DNA of 63,569 nucleotides, filler included, from Olpidium bornovanus S191 (lineage: Eukaryota; Fungi; Olpidiomycota), in the NCBI GenBank assembly GCA_017911155.1. It is 24 parts of 24 records of this genome, joined end to end, with 100 filler letters (N's around TTAATTAATTAA, not from the genome) between each part and the next. Parts side by side here need not be neighbours in the genome. Positions count along the whole stretch, not along the records: positions 11,229 to 14,186 come from JAEFCI010010637.1; positions 14,287 to 15,507 come from JAEFCI010010152.1; positions 15,608 to 18,339 come from JAEFCI010006947.1; positions 18,440 to 20,799 come from JAEFCI010002398.1; positions 20,900 to 22,304 come from JAEFCI010010701.1; positions 22,405 to 23,733 come from JAEFCI010006470.1; 18 more parts are not named here. One strand, given 5' to 3'. A program made the position numbers and the translations under genes. This document shows, piece by piece, positions 11,573 through 22,976 of the stretch. The notes under the pieces were generated by a model, which searched no databases, was not told the origin of the DNA, and saw nothing but the letters and a program-made list of their open reading frames with translations. Position 1 is the first letter of the stretch; each line of letters opens with the position of its first letter.

Positions 11573-12762
11573 GTAAGCTTGCAGCCTGAATTATCCACAT
11601 AATGGAACCGATAATCATCACTGACGGTGATACAATGTTCCCTCAAGGCTGAGGTTAACCGCGTTCTCTGCAACCATATGAGGACGATGGGGGGGGCGGG
11701 GAAGGGGGGGTGGGGCGGGAGAGCGAGGCAGCCAAGATTAAAAGAGATATGTAAACAAAGGCTGTAAATTACACGATGAATAAAATGTCACACACACGGT
11801 GTCCTCAACATGCTTGACACAGCAAGTACCGGGTGATGCGCACAATTCCTCACAATGCAATCCCCACAACATCAACCAAGCGATGGCAGCAGAACAAAAA
11901 AACCAACCTGGAGGCGATGCCAACGTGGTGTGTGCAGGACAATGTCAGTACAGATACCCGGGATGGTCTCGTGTGACATCATTTCCTCGACGTCGCGCAA
12001 ATGCTCGGACCCAAACCTTGTCCCGGTTTAAAAGTCTTCATACGGGGAGGTCCCTACCGACACCGTAGGACAGTAGGTTTGGAGCTCACATGATGTTGAT
12101 TTGGTTAGTACAGTTTTGTGTACCGCAGTCGGTATGGTGAAACTTGTTTCTGATATGACGACCGTGGTCGGCAGATTTAACACGCGATGTTGTACCGCGC
12201 GTACCTGTGGTACAATTGTTTTTTTTTTGTGCAAACAATACAAGCATCTTAACTCTGATATAGCGTCCATATCTAATGCATGTGATTCCTAAAACGGCAC
12301 CGCACATGTTGCTGTTGTAGGAGTTCAATGTGTCTACCCTCGACATCACTTGACATCATCCCCTCGACGTCGCGCAACATCATACCCTCGTTGTCACGCA
12401 ACATCATTTTATTTTTGTAAGCAAAGCTCTCATTGGCTGTCGTGCGATATCTTCCGGCGCTGACGCGTTAGTGACTACCAATATATCAACGAGATATCTG
12501 GGGGTTTTGGCTGTGTACCTGCGGACCTGCGGGCAATATGATCTTATGCCGGACCCCCGCCCAACCGCTTCCGACTCCGCGCAAAGTGCTTTCGAACCGG
12601 CGCTAACTTCCCGTTCGGCGAAACAAAAAAAAAAAAATACTAATAATAATAATAAATAAATAAATAATAAAAAATATAAACGAAGCTTCCGAGAAAAGCC
12701 AAACAAAAAAAAACGCGTTCGGCCACTTTCGGCACCGGGCCGGGCGGGGGACAACATGGGCG

Positions 12763-13510
12763 GCGCTCCGGGCGCGACGCGCGTGCGCGGAACGACGGCC
12801 GGCCCCTGGAGAAATCTCAAGGTTGGTGTCGCTCGCCCTCCCGCGTTTCGCCCGCTTGTCGCAGCGGTGAGGCACTCTTCCGGGGCCCCAGCCCCGGAGC
12901 CGCGGCTCGCGTCTCGGGTTTCGGCGCGTTCCGTCCAGGGTGTGCTCCTTGGGTCCCTGGTCTGGATCGGCTCCGCCAGGGGGAGCTCACCCGGGAAATT
13001 GCTTGCCCCGTTTTCCATTTTTATGCAAGGGCGGGAGTTGGCGCGTGGCCGGTGAATCCTTTGCAAGGAAATCACTGCCGACCAGTCCTCCTGGCGGTTG
13101 CTCTCAAAACTTTGTTAGTCCGGAGGGCGCAGGCGCGCGTTTCCTCAGAAATCCTTTAAAACCCTGTTGGTCCAGAGGACGCACCTGCGGTTAAGTTTCC
13201 CGGGAAAAGTTCCACTCCCCTGAACATCCACTGGTTGCCGCGGCTAGAAAGTCACCTGGATAACAACCCCAACCCACCCTTCCTTTCCCGGCACCCGGAT
13301 TTTTTTTTCCTCAGCTTGGTTAGGGTTTTTTTTCCTCCAGAAAAGAAAGCGGGCCTTGTCAAACACCTCAATGTGGTGCGCCCGGTGCAACGGTCTCTGT
13401 CCCTGCAGGACCGGCTAAGTTGGACATTCCAAGTGGGCAGTATCATAATTTTGTATTGACTTATAGAAATGTTTTATAGCATTTAGTGGTGTTTCTTGTC
13501 TCGTATTATA
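12763..13510 (-). repeat. Dispersed non-coding repeat family, copy 1
   Basis: Reverse complement aligns collinearly with 39955-40857. Shared blocks include AAAATTATGATnCTnCCCACTTGGAATGTC, CTTAGCCGGTCCTGCnGGGACAGAGAC, GCGTCCTCTGGAC, CGCGCCAACTCCCGCCCTTGCAT and CGCGAGCCGCGGCTCCGGGG. Confidence 0.9.
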
Positions 13511-14412
13511 ATTTAAAAATTTCGCAATTTTCTCGTCTCCGAATTTACGGCCGTTTTCCGAGTCGGCCGCTGGGGCCGTTTCACAGCAAGCGCACTCTTT
13601 CGCCGTTCGCGGACTGGTCTCTCCCGTCACAGCCAGGTCGGCTCGGTTTCGGTTCGGTGTCGTCCGGTTTTCGCTTTCCTCTTACGCACGATGTATCCGG
13701 GGGGGGGGGGGTAGGGTGAACAATACTCTTAGTTTTGGTTCTCGTCATCCGCCTTAACCGCTCTCAAGATTTACCGCCGCGAAATCCACGCGCGAGTGTT
13801 GGGCAAGAAATTATAATTCCGCGTCCGCCGCGTTCCTTCTCAGGCGCGTCTGCACCCCAATCGGCTTCCTCCCCCCCCCCCCCAGTTTAGTCTCTCACCA
13901 CCCGTTGTTCTCGAGCGGCACAAAAGTTGGGTTCCACAAACGCGCCGCCCCGTCTGCGGCCGTCGAGATCGTCGGACCGGCGGCTGCTCCGCACGGCACG
14001 CTTGGGTGCCTTCTGTATTCGGCGGGAGCGGGTTCACGCGTGCCTGAGACAAGCAACCTTTGCAAGCCTCTTGGCGCCTCCACACGGCGGTTGAGCTGCG
14101 GCGACGAAAGCTGCCCTCGCGCGACAGGTCAGGAGAGTTTGAGGGGGGGGGGGGGGGGCCGGGCCCGGGGGGGGGGGGGGGGGAAANNNNNNNNNNNNNN
14201 NNNNNNNNNNNNNNNNNNNNNNNNNNNNNNTTAATTAATTAANNNNNNNNNNNNNNNNNNNNNNNNNNNNNNNNNNNNNNNNNNNNCAGACAAAAAAGCT
14301 CCCGAGCAACCCTTCCAAAAGGCTCCCCTCTGCATTCTGAATTCGAGACAACTACGTGACAAGTTTGAGCGGGGCACTCAAACTTGCTCGACTTTCCTAG
14401 CACCATGTGGCT

Positions 14413-14622
14413 TCACCAATGCCTGCGGTGCCAGCCGCCGTGCCAGCCGCCGTGCCAGCCGCCGTGCCTGTGGCCGTGCCAGCCGCCGTGCCAGCCGCCG
14501 TACCTGCGGCCGTGCCAGCCTCCTCCGCGCCAGCCGCGCTGGGCGTCCGCCTGCGGCGCCGCAGTCAGCACCAGAAGCATCATGAGCACGAAGGCAAGGA
14601 GCGATCCATGGAAGACTTTCAT
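14413..14622 (-). CDS. 69-aa secreted Gly/His/Trp/Arg-rich peptide precursor with GGWH repeats
   Basis: MKVFHGSLLAFVLMMLLVLTAAPQADA|QRGWRGGGWHGRRYGGWHGGWHGHRHGGWHGGWHGGWHRRHW*. Hydrophobic signal-like N-terminus ending in A-x-A; TATAAAAA upstream on the same strand. Confidence 0.75.
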   Translation of the reverse strand: MKVFHGSLLAFVLMMLLVLTAAPQADAQRGWRGGGWHGRRYGGWHGGWHGHRHGGWHGGWHGGWHRRHW

Positions 14623-14856
14623 CGTTTTTTTCTGCTCGGGGCGCTTTTCGGTGCGGGCGGGCGGTTTCGGCCTCCAGGAAAAAGGGCGGGGGCGGCGAGA
14701 GTACGCAGTTTTTTCGTCAGCGTAACGGGAGTGGTGCAGGTGCGGGAGGGGAGGGGGGGGGATGATGGTGGACGGGAGAGGTCGAGGGAGCGAAGCTCGA
14801 AGAGGCACCCGGGGGCGCCGCCAAACGAATCCTACCGGTTTTCGGGCTGGAGATTT

Positions 14857-14957
14857 GGGACTGTCGTCGCCGGCGGATTTCAAACGGGGACCGTCGCCGG
14901 CGGATTTCAAACGGGGACCGTCGCCGGCGGATTTTAAGCGGGGACCGTCGCCGGCGG
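14857..14957. repeat. 27-nt minisatellite, about 3.7 copies of GGGGACCGTCGCCGGCGGATTTCAAAC
   Basis: Units at 14886-14912 and 14913-14939, with partial copies on either side. Confidence 0.95.
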
Positions 14958-14962
14958 GCCCC

Positions 14963-14970
14963 TTTTTATA
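14963..14970 (-). promoter_or_regulatory. Candidate TATA box of the GGWH peptide gene
   Basis: Minus-strand TATAAAAA in an otherwise very GC-rich region, about 340 nt upstream of the ATG. Confidence 0.45.
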
Positions 14971-15425
14971 AGCGGCGGGAGGCTTCAGGCGCACGGTGAC
15001 CCGCGCCGCCGGGCTGCGGGAAATTTTGTTTTCTGTTCGCGGGCGCTCGGCCGCAGTCGTGTTCGTTCGTGTGCGCGTGTGTGTGTGGATGGAAAGGGGG
15101 GCGATTTACCTTCGGGCGTATCAAAGCCAAAAAGAAGCCCGTTTGTTATTCGGGCCGTAACCTTTTCTTATTTGGGAAGGGGAGGGCCGGAAAATTGTTC
15201 GGCCTTTTGGGGGCATGATTTTGCCGGATCGCAGCGCGCTGCACTGTCGGGAAGTAAGGCGGCGGAGAGCTTGACGCGGCGTGGGCCCTTCTTGCGTTCG
15301 ACGACAAAAAAAGGTTTGATCAAATCCCGCCGCGTCCGCCCGGAAACGCCTCGCTTTTCGCCTTTTGCCTCTTGCGCACGCGTGCTCGAGCGGGCGGAGC
15401 CGAGCAGGCTCCCCCCCGCCGCCCC

Positions 15426-15499
<74 letters not shown>

Positions 15500-15654
15500 C
15501 CTTCGCCNNNNNNNNNNNNNNNNNNNNNNNNNNNNNNNNNNNNNNNNNNNNTTAATTAATTAANNNNNNNNNNNNNNNNNNNNNNNNNNNNNNNNNNNNN
15601 NNNNNNNGGGGGGGGGGGGGCCGCGCGGGGGGGGGGGGGGGGGGGGGGGCCCGG

Positions 15655-15698
<44 letters not shown>

Positions 15699-16040
15699 GG
15701 GGGGGGTGACGTCCGGTCCTGGTTTTGAGTGACTTCCGCGGCCGGAGGACGCTAACCGGGGGGAGGGGGCGGGGGCGAATGGTGACGGTTGCCTCCAGTC
15801 TACATCCACTTCCGGTGTCTGAACTCGTCGGTGCAGCTGCAGTTCCATTCTCAAGCCCGCCTTGCGGTTGACAATCTCGGCGCCAACCGTCAGCGCGCGC
15901 GCCGGCTTGCGCGGAAGTTTCGGGTCCCGAAATGGAGCGCGGCGGAACAGGCGAACTGCTCGAACGTGCCGTGCGATGGAGCGAACGAATTATAACGGGG
16001 CGGGCGTTTGCTAAAAAACGTGATCCACGCCCCCCCTACA

Positions 16041-16084
16041 AGCGCAGGATCCTCAGAATACGAGCGCAGGATCCTCAGAATACG
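16041..16084. repeat. Perfect 22-nt tandem duplication AGCGCAGGATCCTCAGAATACG x2
   Basis: Directly visible at 16041-16062 and 16063-16084. Confidence 0.95.
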
Positions 16085-17089
16085 ATGACTGTGTATTCAA
16101 GGCAGCTCCGCTGCGTTACTAGACGCCGTCCACGGTAAAACGGAGCAAATTACGCTCCTGCCCGCCCGGTTTGTTGACGAACCGGGGCCTTCCCCCCATT
16201 CCCCCACTTGGCGCGGTCACAGCAGCAGCCCGTCATGTGGCTTCGGAGTGGTCCGTTCAAAACGCTATGCCGCACACGCGCCCCGTTTGACGGATGTGGT
16301 CAAGGTTCAGCAAGGCAGGACACCCCGGCCTGCCTGGTTGTTAACTTTGGTACCAAAATGGTCGGACATCCGTAAACACAGCGTAAGAGATACGCGACAC
16401 ATTTGCCGCCCCATCCTTCCACAGCAAGCATCTGTCGGACGTGGTAGAAAGCTGGGACGTCACCCGGCGTTTTTTGACCAACGCGCGCCCGCCAAAAATT
16501 TTCTTTTTCTGGCTGCTGTGATCCACGCTGCGAAGGTATTTGGCGGTGGAACGTGAAGATTTCAACGCCGCGCACGAAGACAAACTGCTGGCACATCACG
16601 CGAGGCGAAGCGGTGACAGTGGAATCCCGAAAAGTTACTGGCCGTTCACTGCGCGTTATAAGGTTACGCCCGTGCCGATACAGCTGTCCTTTGTGCCGCG
16701 GAAATTTCACCGCACACGTACAGCATGGAATCTTTCGAAAAAACCTAGACGATGGCATCTCCAAGAACAACGGCAGGCTTAAAGTAGGCGCCTGGGGAAC
16801 GCGGTCGAATGTATTAAAGGAAGCTAATTAATTTTTTAATTGGCGGCCCGAAAAAGAGCTGACGAAAATTTTTCTTGCATGAGTACACGGTAAAATTGGG
16901 TGACAAGCCGCAGCCGTATGCAGGTGTGCGGTATGTGTGTGTGTGGTGGGGAGGGAGGAGGGGAAAGGTAACAGCGCGAAGGAATCCTATCAAAGCCATC
17001 AGCATCACGCCGCACATGCTACCAAAAACTACGCAGTCGGTCGTCCCTCATCTTAGATAACGTTATCTAGACGAAGCCGAAAGCATTGC

Positions 17090-17745
17090 TTAATTGGTGT
17101 TGATGGTAACCTCGACCTCGACTCCGGGTTCGATGGAGATGGAGGTGATCTCTGAAAAACGGAGACAAGACGCCACATAAGCAACTCGGTGCGCTGGGGG
17201 ATGTCGGAAGCTGCCGCGCCATCGAAAAATCGATTCGGCAACAAGCTTACGCTTGACGATCTCGGACGGGCTGTGGAGGTCAACGAGCCGCTTGTGGATG
17301 CGCATCTCGTAGCGGTCGAAAGTTTTGGAACCTTCGCCGCATGGCGACTTGCGAGTCGTGATGCGGAGAACCTTCGTCGGGAGGCGGACCGGCCCCTTGA
17401 CGCGGAGGTTCTTTTCTTTGGAGCGCTGGATCAGGTCCGCGCAAACTGCGTCGCGTTTCGCGAAACACGAGGAAAAGACACAAGAAGAGGACGGCAGAGA
17501 CACGCATGAGAAACCCGTCTGAACGATCCCCGGGGGGCAAACCACCGGGCGTGTTACAGCGTCCAAGGGCGGAGCCCTCCGGATTTCGCAAAGGTCGAAA
17601 TCAGGAAGGAGTGATCTCTAAACGGCACAACGGGTTTGAATGGCTGTTTGACCGGGAATACGGGCGAGCCCGCGCAAAAGGGAGTCGAACACGCGCCTTT
17701 CTCAATGTTGGCGACGTTGCGCGAGGTCAAGGTGATGCGAATGCG
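17090..17745 (-). CDS. RPS20: 40S ribosomal protein S20 (uS10); first exon unresolved
   Basis: Exons 17745-17697 ([16 protein letters not shown]), 17445-17251 ([25 protein letters not shown]...HSPSEIVK) and 17151-17090 ([20 protein letters not shown]). Intron 17446-17696 begins with GC. Confidence 0.97.
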
Positions 17746-18010
17746 CTGAGGGAGGCAAAGCGAAGGCGCGAACACGGACCGCGTTAACGGAAACGAGAAC
17801 TAACGCGAGACTCGGTCAAATAGTCCCGCGGGCCTCGGGAAAGGGAAAATCTGCCCGGCCGGACCGAATCGCGGGCGTTCCTTCGGGCGGCACCGGGCGT
17901 CACCGCCGCCCGACCCACTCGGTGTAGACGACCGGGACGCGTCGGCGCGCGGGCAGTACGAGCAGAGAGAGACGCTGGGAAGCCTCGCCTCCACTCTCGC
18001 TCCCGACGAA

Positions 18011-18057
<47 letters not shown>

Positions 18058-18758
18058 AGGAAAGACGGTTTGATCCGAAACCAACAAAGCAAAAACATCC
18101 CGATGGGGAGTCTTCTCGATGGAAGAGGTGGCGTGGGGTGTGGCGGCGTGGAGTTGAGGCAGGAACGGGGGTGGGGAAAAAGGGGGGACAGGCGGAGTAA
18201 CAAATAGAGTACGTGAAACATGGAATGGAAAAAACGAGCTTTTTTTTTTTTTGCGGCGGCGCGAAGCCCGCGATCAGGCAGGCTGCCGGCTTACCGACCC
18301 GGGACGACGTGCACACACCGGGACGAAGGCGGGGTTCAANNNNNNNNNNNNNNNNNNNNNNNNNNNNNNNNNNNNNNNNNNNNTTAATTAATTAANNNNN
18401 NNNNNNNNNNNNNNNNNNNNNNNNNNNNNNNNNNNNNNNCCATACCTGGAGCACAATATCCAGATTTGCAGCTCCATCACTGGCGTTGAGCTCTGAAATA
18501 CCACGAGAGCACGGTGGAAATTCACCGCGGGCTCGGAAATACTCCGAAGGCCACAGCATGGTGGGAATTTGCCGATATTACGGCTCAGGCGTCACCACAC
18601 TGGTGAACCGAGGCCTGGTGAGCCCACACCTGGCGAGTCCACACTCACTGCGGGCGTCACCACACTGGTGGGCCCGTGCGCACACACCGTTTTTGGTCTC
18701 GGTCTAAGTCTGGAGGGTCACGTGATGTCACGGCTAGACACACTGGTGTGTCTAATGG

Positions 18759-19565
18759 TCTCGGCGATTTGTAGATCACGTGACTGCAGGCTGTCAACGA
18801 GAGGGGCTTGACTCGGCCTGAGGGGCTTGACGCTGCCTGAGGGGTTTGACGCCACCATAGTGGGCGGGCCGTGACAGCCGGGTCGCGCGGGGTCCAGCCC
18901 TTAGACGGGCACGCGTCGCCGGCGGGCATGCCCGACTCTAGTTTTTTGGCTTGGCCAGACACGCCACGGCAATGTGTCCAAGTTGTTTGCAGTAAAGACA
19001 TGCGCCGTTTTTGCGCAGTTTTTCCTGCTCCTTCTTGGACGCGTGGCCGGGCATGGATCTTGACGCGTCTTTTCGGTCTCGCAGCTTCTCAATGACCTTG
19101 GTCACCTTCTGACGACAGAGACAATCGTCAGACATGTGCATCTTTTCCTGAAACTTGATCTCGTCAAGCTCTTCTGCTTACTCTAAGTGAACGGCTGTAG
19201 TTTGTCGCGAATGAACACTTCGCGCCACCCCCGGCCGTCGTCCCTGTAGTAGCGCAGGACAAGCCTCCGAACTCGTCATCTTCGAAGACGATGCAGCTTC
19301 GTTCGCCTTTCCGTGGTGACTGTTCGCGGCGGCGCTTTGCTTGCGGCTGCTGCCGACGTTGACCGCCCATGCTACGGGGGATCGTCGCGGCCCGGGCGTA
19401 TTCTTCGTGCGGCATGTCCGTTCGCCACCAAGGACTGACAGCGACCAACGCTTGGACGTCCTGGGTGCCCAGGTCCTCTGCCAGCAACATTAGTGTTGAC
19501 CGCAGGAGGGGCGTGTCCGCCGGATGCGCGAACGGTTTGTATGTGATGAGCCCATAACATCCCAT
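18759..19565 (-). mobile_element. Decayed Ty3/gypsy-like gag remnant with zinc knuckle
   Basis: AEELDEIK...EQEKLRKNGACLYCKQLGHIAVAC (CX2CX4HX4C preceded by the gypsy-type E-x-x-x-x-R-x-x-G motif). The downstream part shares a 98-nt collinear segment with element B. Confidence 0.7.
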
Positions 19566-21399
19566 GTGATGCGCATCTTGTTTCGCCCCAACTTGCGGTT
19601 AGTGGCGACCTTAAGTCGCGTCATTGAAATGGAGGAAACTGCGCTTGATCAGTGCGCAGCCCAGCTTCGGAGTGCCCTGAAGCTTGGCGGGCAGGGCGAG
19701 TAGGGCGAGCCTGTACACCTAAAAAACGTCATCGAGCCGGCCCATGCACCGACTGCCTCGGAGATGGCCACGCTGGCAACGAAAATTGGCCGTTTGTCGC
19801 AAACACCTCGACTTTTTGACGCCGCAAAGGATATCATGCCCCAAGCCGAAATCCTGGGGAAACTGGTAAAGGCGAGGACGACAATCGTAAACATCGCCAA
19901 CATCAACGCCGTTGGCTTCTACGTGACATGGTCGAGTATCGCGAACGCGATACTCGACGAGTGGTAAGAGAAAAAGAAGACTGCCGCGGGAGTTAGAAGC
20001 GAAAGGCAAAAAGAAGACTGGCGCGGGAGTCAGAAGCGCAAAAGACTGACTTTGGCTCCTGAACAACGACACACAGCGAAGAAAAGAATGACTGGTCCGT
20101 GTTCGGGCCCACAGGCGGGGGGTCGGTAAAAAAGGTGGCGAACCAGGGGAGCCGCGCCCAGACCTCGAAGTACAAGACGGTAGTCACTCTGGTACGTCGC
20201 TTCTCTTCAGCAGCACCGTCGCTCAACTAAATTATTTCATGATGATGCCGAGAGCCGAGCTCGAATCAAGGTGAACAAAATTTTGAATGACGCCTACAAA
20301 ATAAAGCGCTTCGCAACTGCGCGGTCGGATTCCGAGGGCTTCTGTACGGAATCCTCAGCGGCGGCCGTAGCGGCAAATGCTGTCTGCAGCGGGTGGTCGC
20401 GCTGCGCGGTCCCCTCCGCCAGGCGGGCCTCCAGCTGTTAGTCCGCCTCCGTCTGCAGGAGGGTCGGTCCTGTGGCGGAGGCAACGGGGGAGGTCGGGTT
20501 ACAGGTCATGTTGAAGGAAGCGTTGCTACCATGTACTGCGACAAGGTTCTGCAAAGTTCAAGTCTCTTTATTGTGATGTCAGGTACGAGCGAGAGCTACA
20601 GGTATGGTGATGCGGCTAACAAGTTTTGGGGATTGGAGAGATACTTCCGGGAATCGGTAATCGATGAGAGACGGAATTACGGAACGGGAAGGGCGCTATA
20701 TATGCCCTTTGACCGGCGAGGCAGGACGACGGCAGAGTCCCTTCATCGTTACAATCGCGGGCTCAGTCACGGTCCCCGTCCCGCGCGGTTGTGGTCCCCN
20801 NNNNNNNNNNNNNNNNNNNNNNNNNNNNNNNNNNNNNNNNNNNTTAATTAATTAANNNNNNNNNNNNNNNNNNNNNNNNNNNNNNNNNNNNNNNNNNNNC
20901 ATGGACTCCCAGCGACAAAAATGGCGCGCAATGCTCCTAGTCTTTGCCCGCTTCCAGATCTCCAACGAAGCCAGAAAAATCGAATTCTCCGTCGAGGAGA
21001 GAAGAAGAATTCGTTCGAGGTACGTGGCCCCCAGCACCGCTCGGTTCACTCTAGCCGTCCTCCGACCTCGCCAAAATCGAGGGGGGAAAGGGGCGTTGCT
21101 TGCGGAAAAGGGGGGGAGTGGGGGAGGAACAACTGGCAGCAAAAAAATATTGCGAACCGTGGCCTCACACCTGCCGTCAGGGACGGCCATCGTCTATGCC
21201 GTTCCAGCTGTGAGAGGCCAGCTGAAGGACCGTTGACGGGCCACAGGGTCCCGATCGATGTGCCAATCGGCGCCCGAGACTTGTTCGCTCCGCGCATTCC
21301 GTCAGTCATCTTTGCCAACCAAGCAGGTCACATTCGGGTGCTTGTCCCAAGTTGCTTACGTTTCGGAATGGAATTCGAGCCGGTAATGTGCATTTCCAT

Positions 21400-22090
21400 T
21401 TTTCCGTAAGCTCTCCGCCAGGGCTCCGACGGCCAGCATTCGGGCCGGAAGAAAGGCTTGGGTTCGCAAATTGTTCGTTAACCTCCAGGACGTATAAGGA
21501 TCGGTTCCACCCGTTGCTGCAAACGAGGGCGATTTTCTTTTTAGACTGTCCAGGTCCATTGCACAGGTCATTAACCATTGTCATCTACTTTCTGTTCCGG
21601 TTTCGGGATTTCATCTATCCTAGTCATCTACTCTTTGTCGACAAGCGTTCGCGCTTTGGTGGGGAAAACGGTGGGCAGTAGGTGACCGACGCCGGGCTTT
21701 GTGAGGGTCCCACGCTCCAGCACGGCGACTTTGTCGACAAGCGTTCTCGCTTTGGTAGGGAAAACGGTGGGCAGTAGGTGACCGACGCCGGGCTTTGTGA
21801 GGGTCCCACGCTCCAGCACGGCGACTCTGAAATCCAAAACCCGAGTATCACATTCCACTTCGTGTTCCCGCTTTTCTGTCTGCTCAAACTCTTCTATCTC
21901 TTTTCTGAATGGTTTTGTCATCAGATGCTTCTCTTCGTCGTTTTCTCGCTCTGCATCTTCTTTGCCTTCGTTCGGCGGAGTTTTGTCTGAACCGTGAGGT
22001 TCTTTTCTTTAAGGCAAGGTATGGTGTGAAATAAAAGGTATAAAAAAAGGATTGGTTTGATAGACAGATGACTTGCATCGGTGTGTAGAC
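21400..22090 (-). pseudogene. Degenerate hAT (Ac-like) transposase remnant
   Basis: Degenerate motifs in the expected order across frames: HTDAS (TDNA), FHTIPC..NLTVQ (CxxH region), NTKWNV (TRWNS), W...PF...LS, and DPYTSW...ARMLAV (dimerisation domain). Confidence 0.55.
21633..21826. repeat. 96-bp tandem duplication with 2 substitutions, inside the hAT remnant
   Basis: CTTTGTCGACAAGCG at 21633 and 21729; the copies differ only at TTCG/TTCT and GGTG/GGTA. Confidence 0.95.
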
Positions 22091-22258
22091 ACCGCGGCCG
22101 CTTGCTACGTTGGATCTTTTCGTGAAACTCTAACACAATGTGCTTCCGCTGGACAGGGCAATTCCGAGAGCATCCATATGGGAAAGGATAGCCGGCGGGC
22201 ATTTGGCAGCGGGAATGGATTTCCAGTGAAACGCGAGAAGAGGGGGGGGGGGGGGTTT

Positions 22259-22295
<37 letters not shown>

Positions 22296-22976
22296 ACGCC
22301 CGAANNNNNNNNNNNNNNNNNNNNNNNNNNNNNNNNNNNNNNNNNNNNTTAATTAATTAANNNNNNNNNNNNNNNNNNNNNNNNNNNNNNNNNNNNNNNN
22401 NNNNCCCCCCCTCCCGGCGGGAAAAAACACGCACGCCTCGGAAAAAAGGGAAAAAAAAAAAACGAAAAAACATGTTCCGCCCGCGGCAGAGGTCGGGAAA
22501 TCCCCGTCCTGCCGGCGGAGAAGATTTATCTTTTTTGTAATTTTTTTTAGCTTTTTTGAGCCTCCCGCGTGCCCTCCCTCACAGCCCGCACCGGCCACCC
22601 CCCACGCCCCCCCTCCGCGCGCGCGCGCGCCCGCGCCAGCTCATGCAACGCCCGTACGGGGTGGGGGACCTCCGTGGACACTTAAAAAATAAAAGAAGGA
22701 AAGGAAAGGAAACGCCTAAATATTCCGAAGCCGGGTTGGCACACCTGCCCTCGGCACGGGTTAAGAGACTTAAAAATATCTTTCCCGTCGCCTTCCCCCC
22801 TCACGTAGAGCCCTCCGCATTCCCTGCTCGGTGAAACGCGGAACGGAAATAGCGAAAAAAAAAAAAAAAAAAAAAAACAAAAGAAGCTTTGCGACCTTGC
22901 AGAGACGCCCCCCCCCCCCCCCCCCCCCTCTCCTTCCGGCATCGCAGGCACACACGCACGCTTTTTGGAAATCGCA

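Noticed and set aside
14407-14937. Plus-strand (PAAV)n ORF overlapping the GGWH peptide
   Set aside because: It is the antisense shadow of the same 12-nt repeat. The signal peptide and TATA are on the minus strand, although stranded RNA is needed to exclude it fully.
14857-14957. CRISPR-like array, also considered for the 22-, 24- and 96-nt repeats
   Set aside because: Repeats are head-to-tail without unique spacers, there are no cas genes, and the context is eukaryotic.
17152-17696. snoRNA within RPS20 introns
   Set aside because: No C box (RTGATGA) paired with CTGA and no convincing H/ACA hairpins seen.
19430-19970. hAT-like words on the plus strand (TNAWTS, HNIPCDAH, TWSS)
   Set aside because: The spacing does not fit hAT and the region overlaps a minus-strand gag remnant; may be chance.
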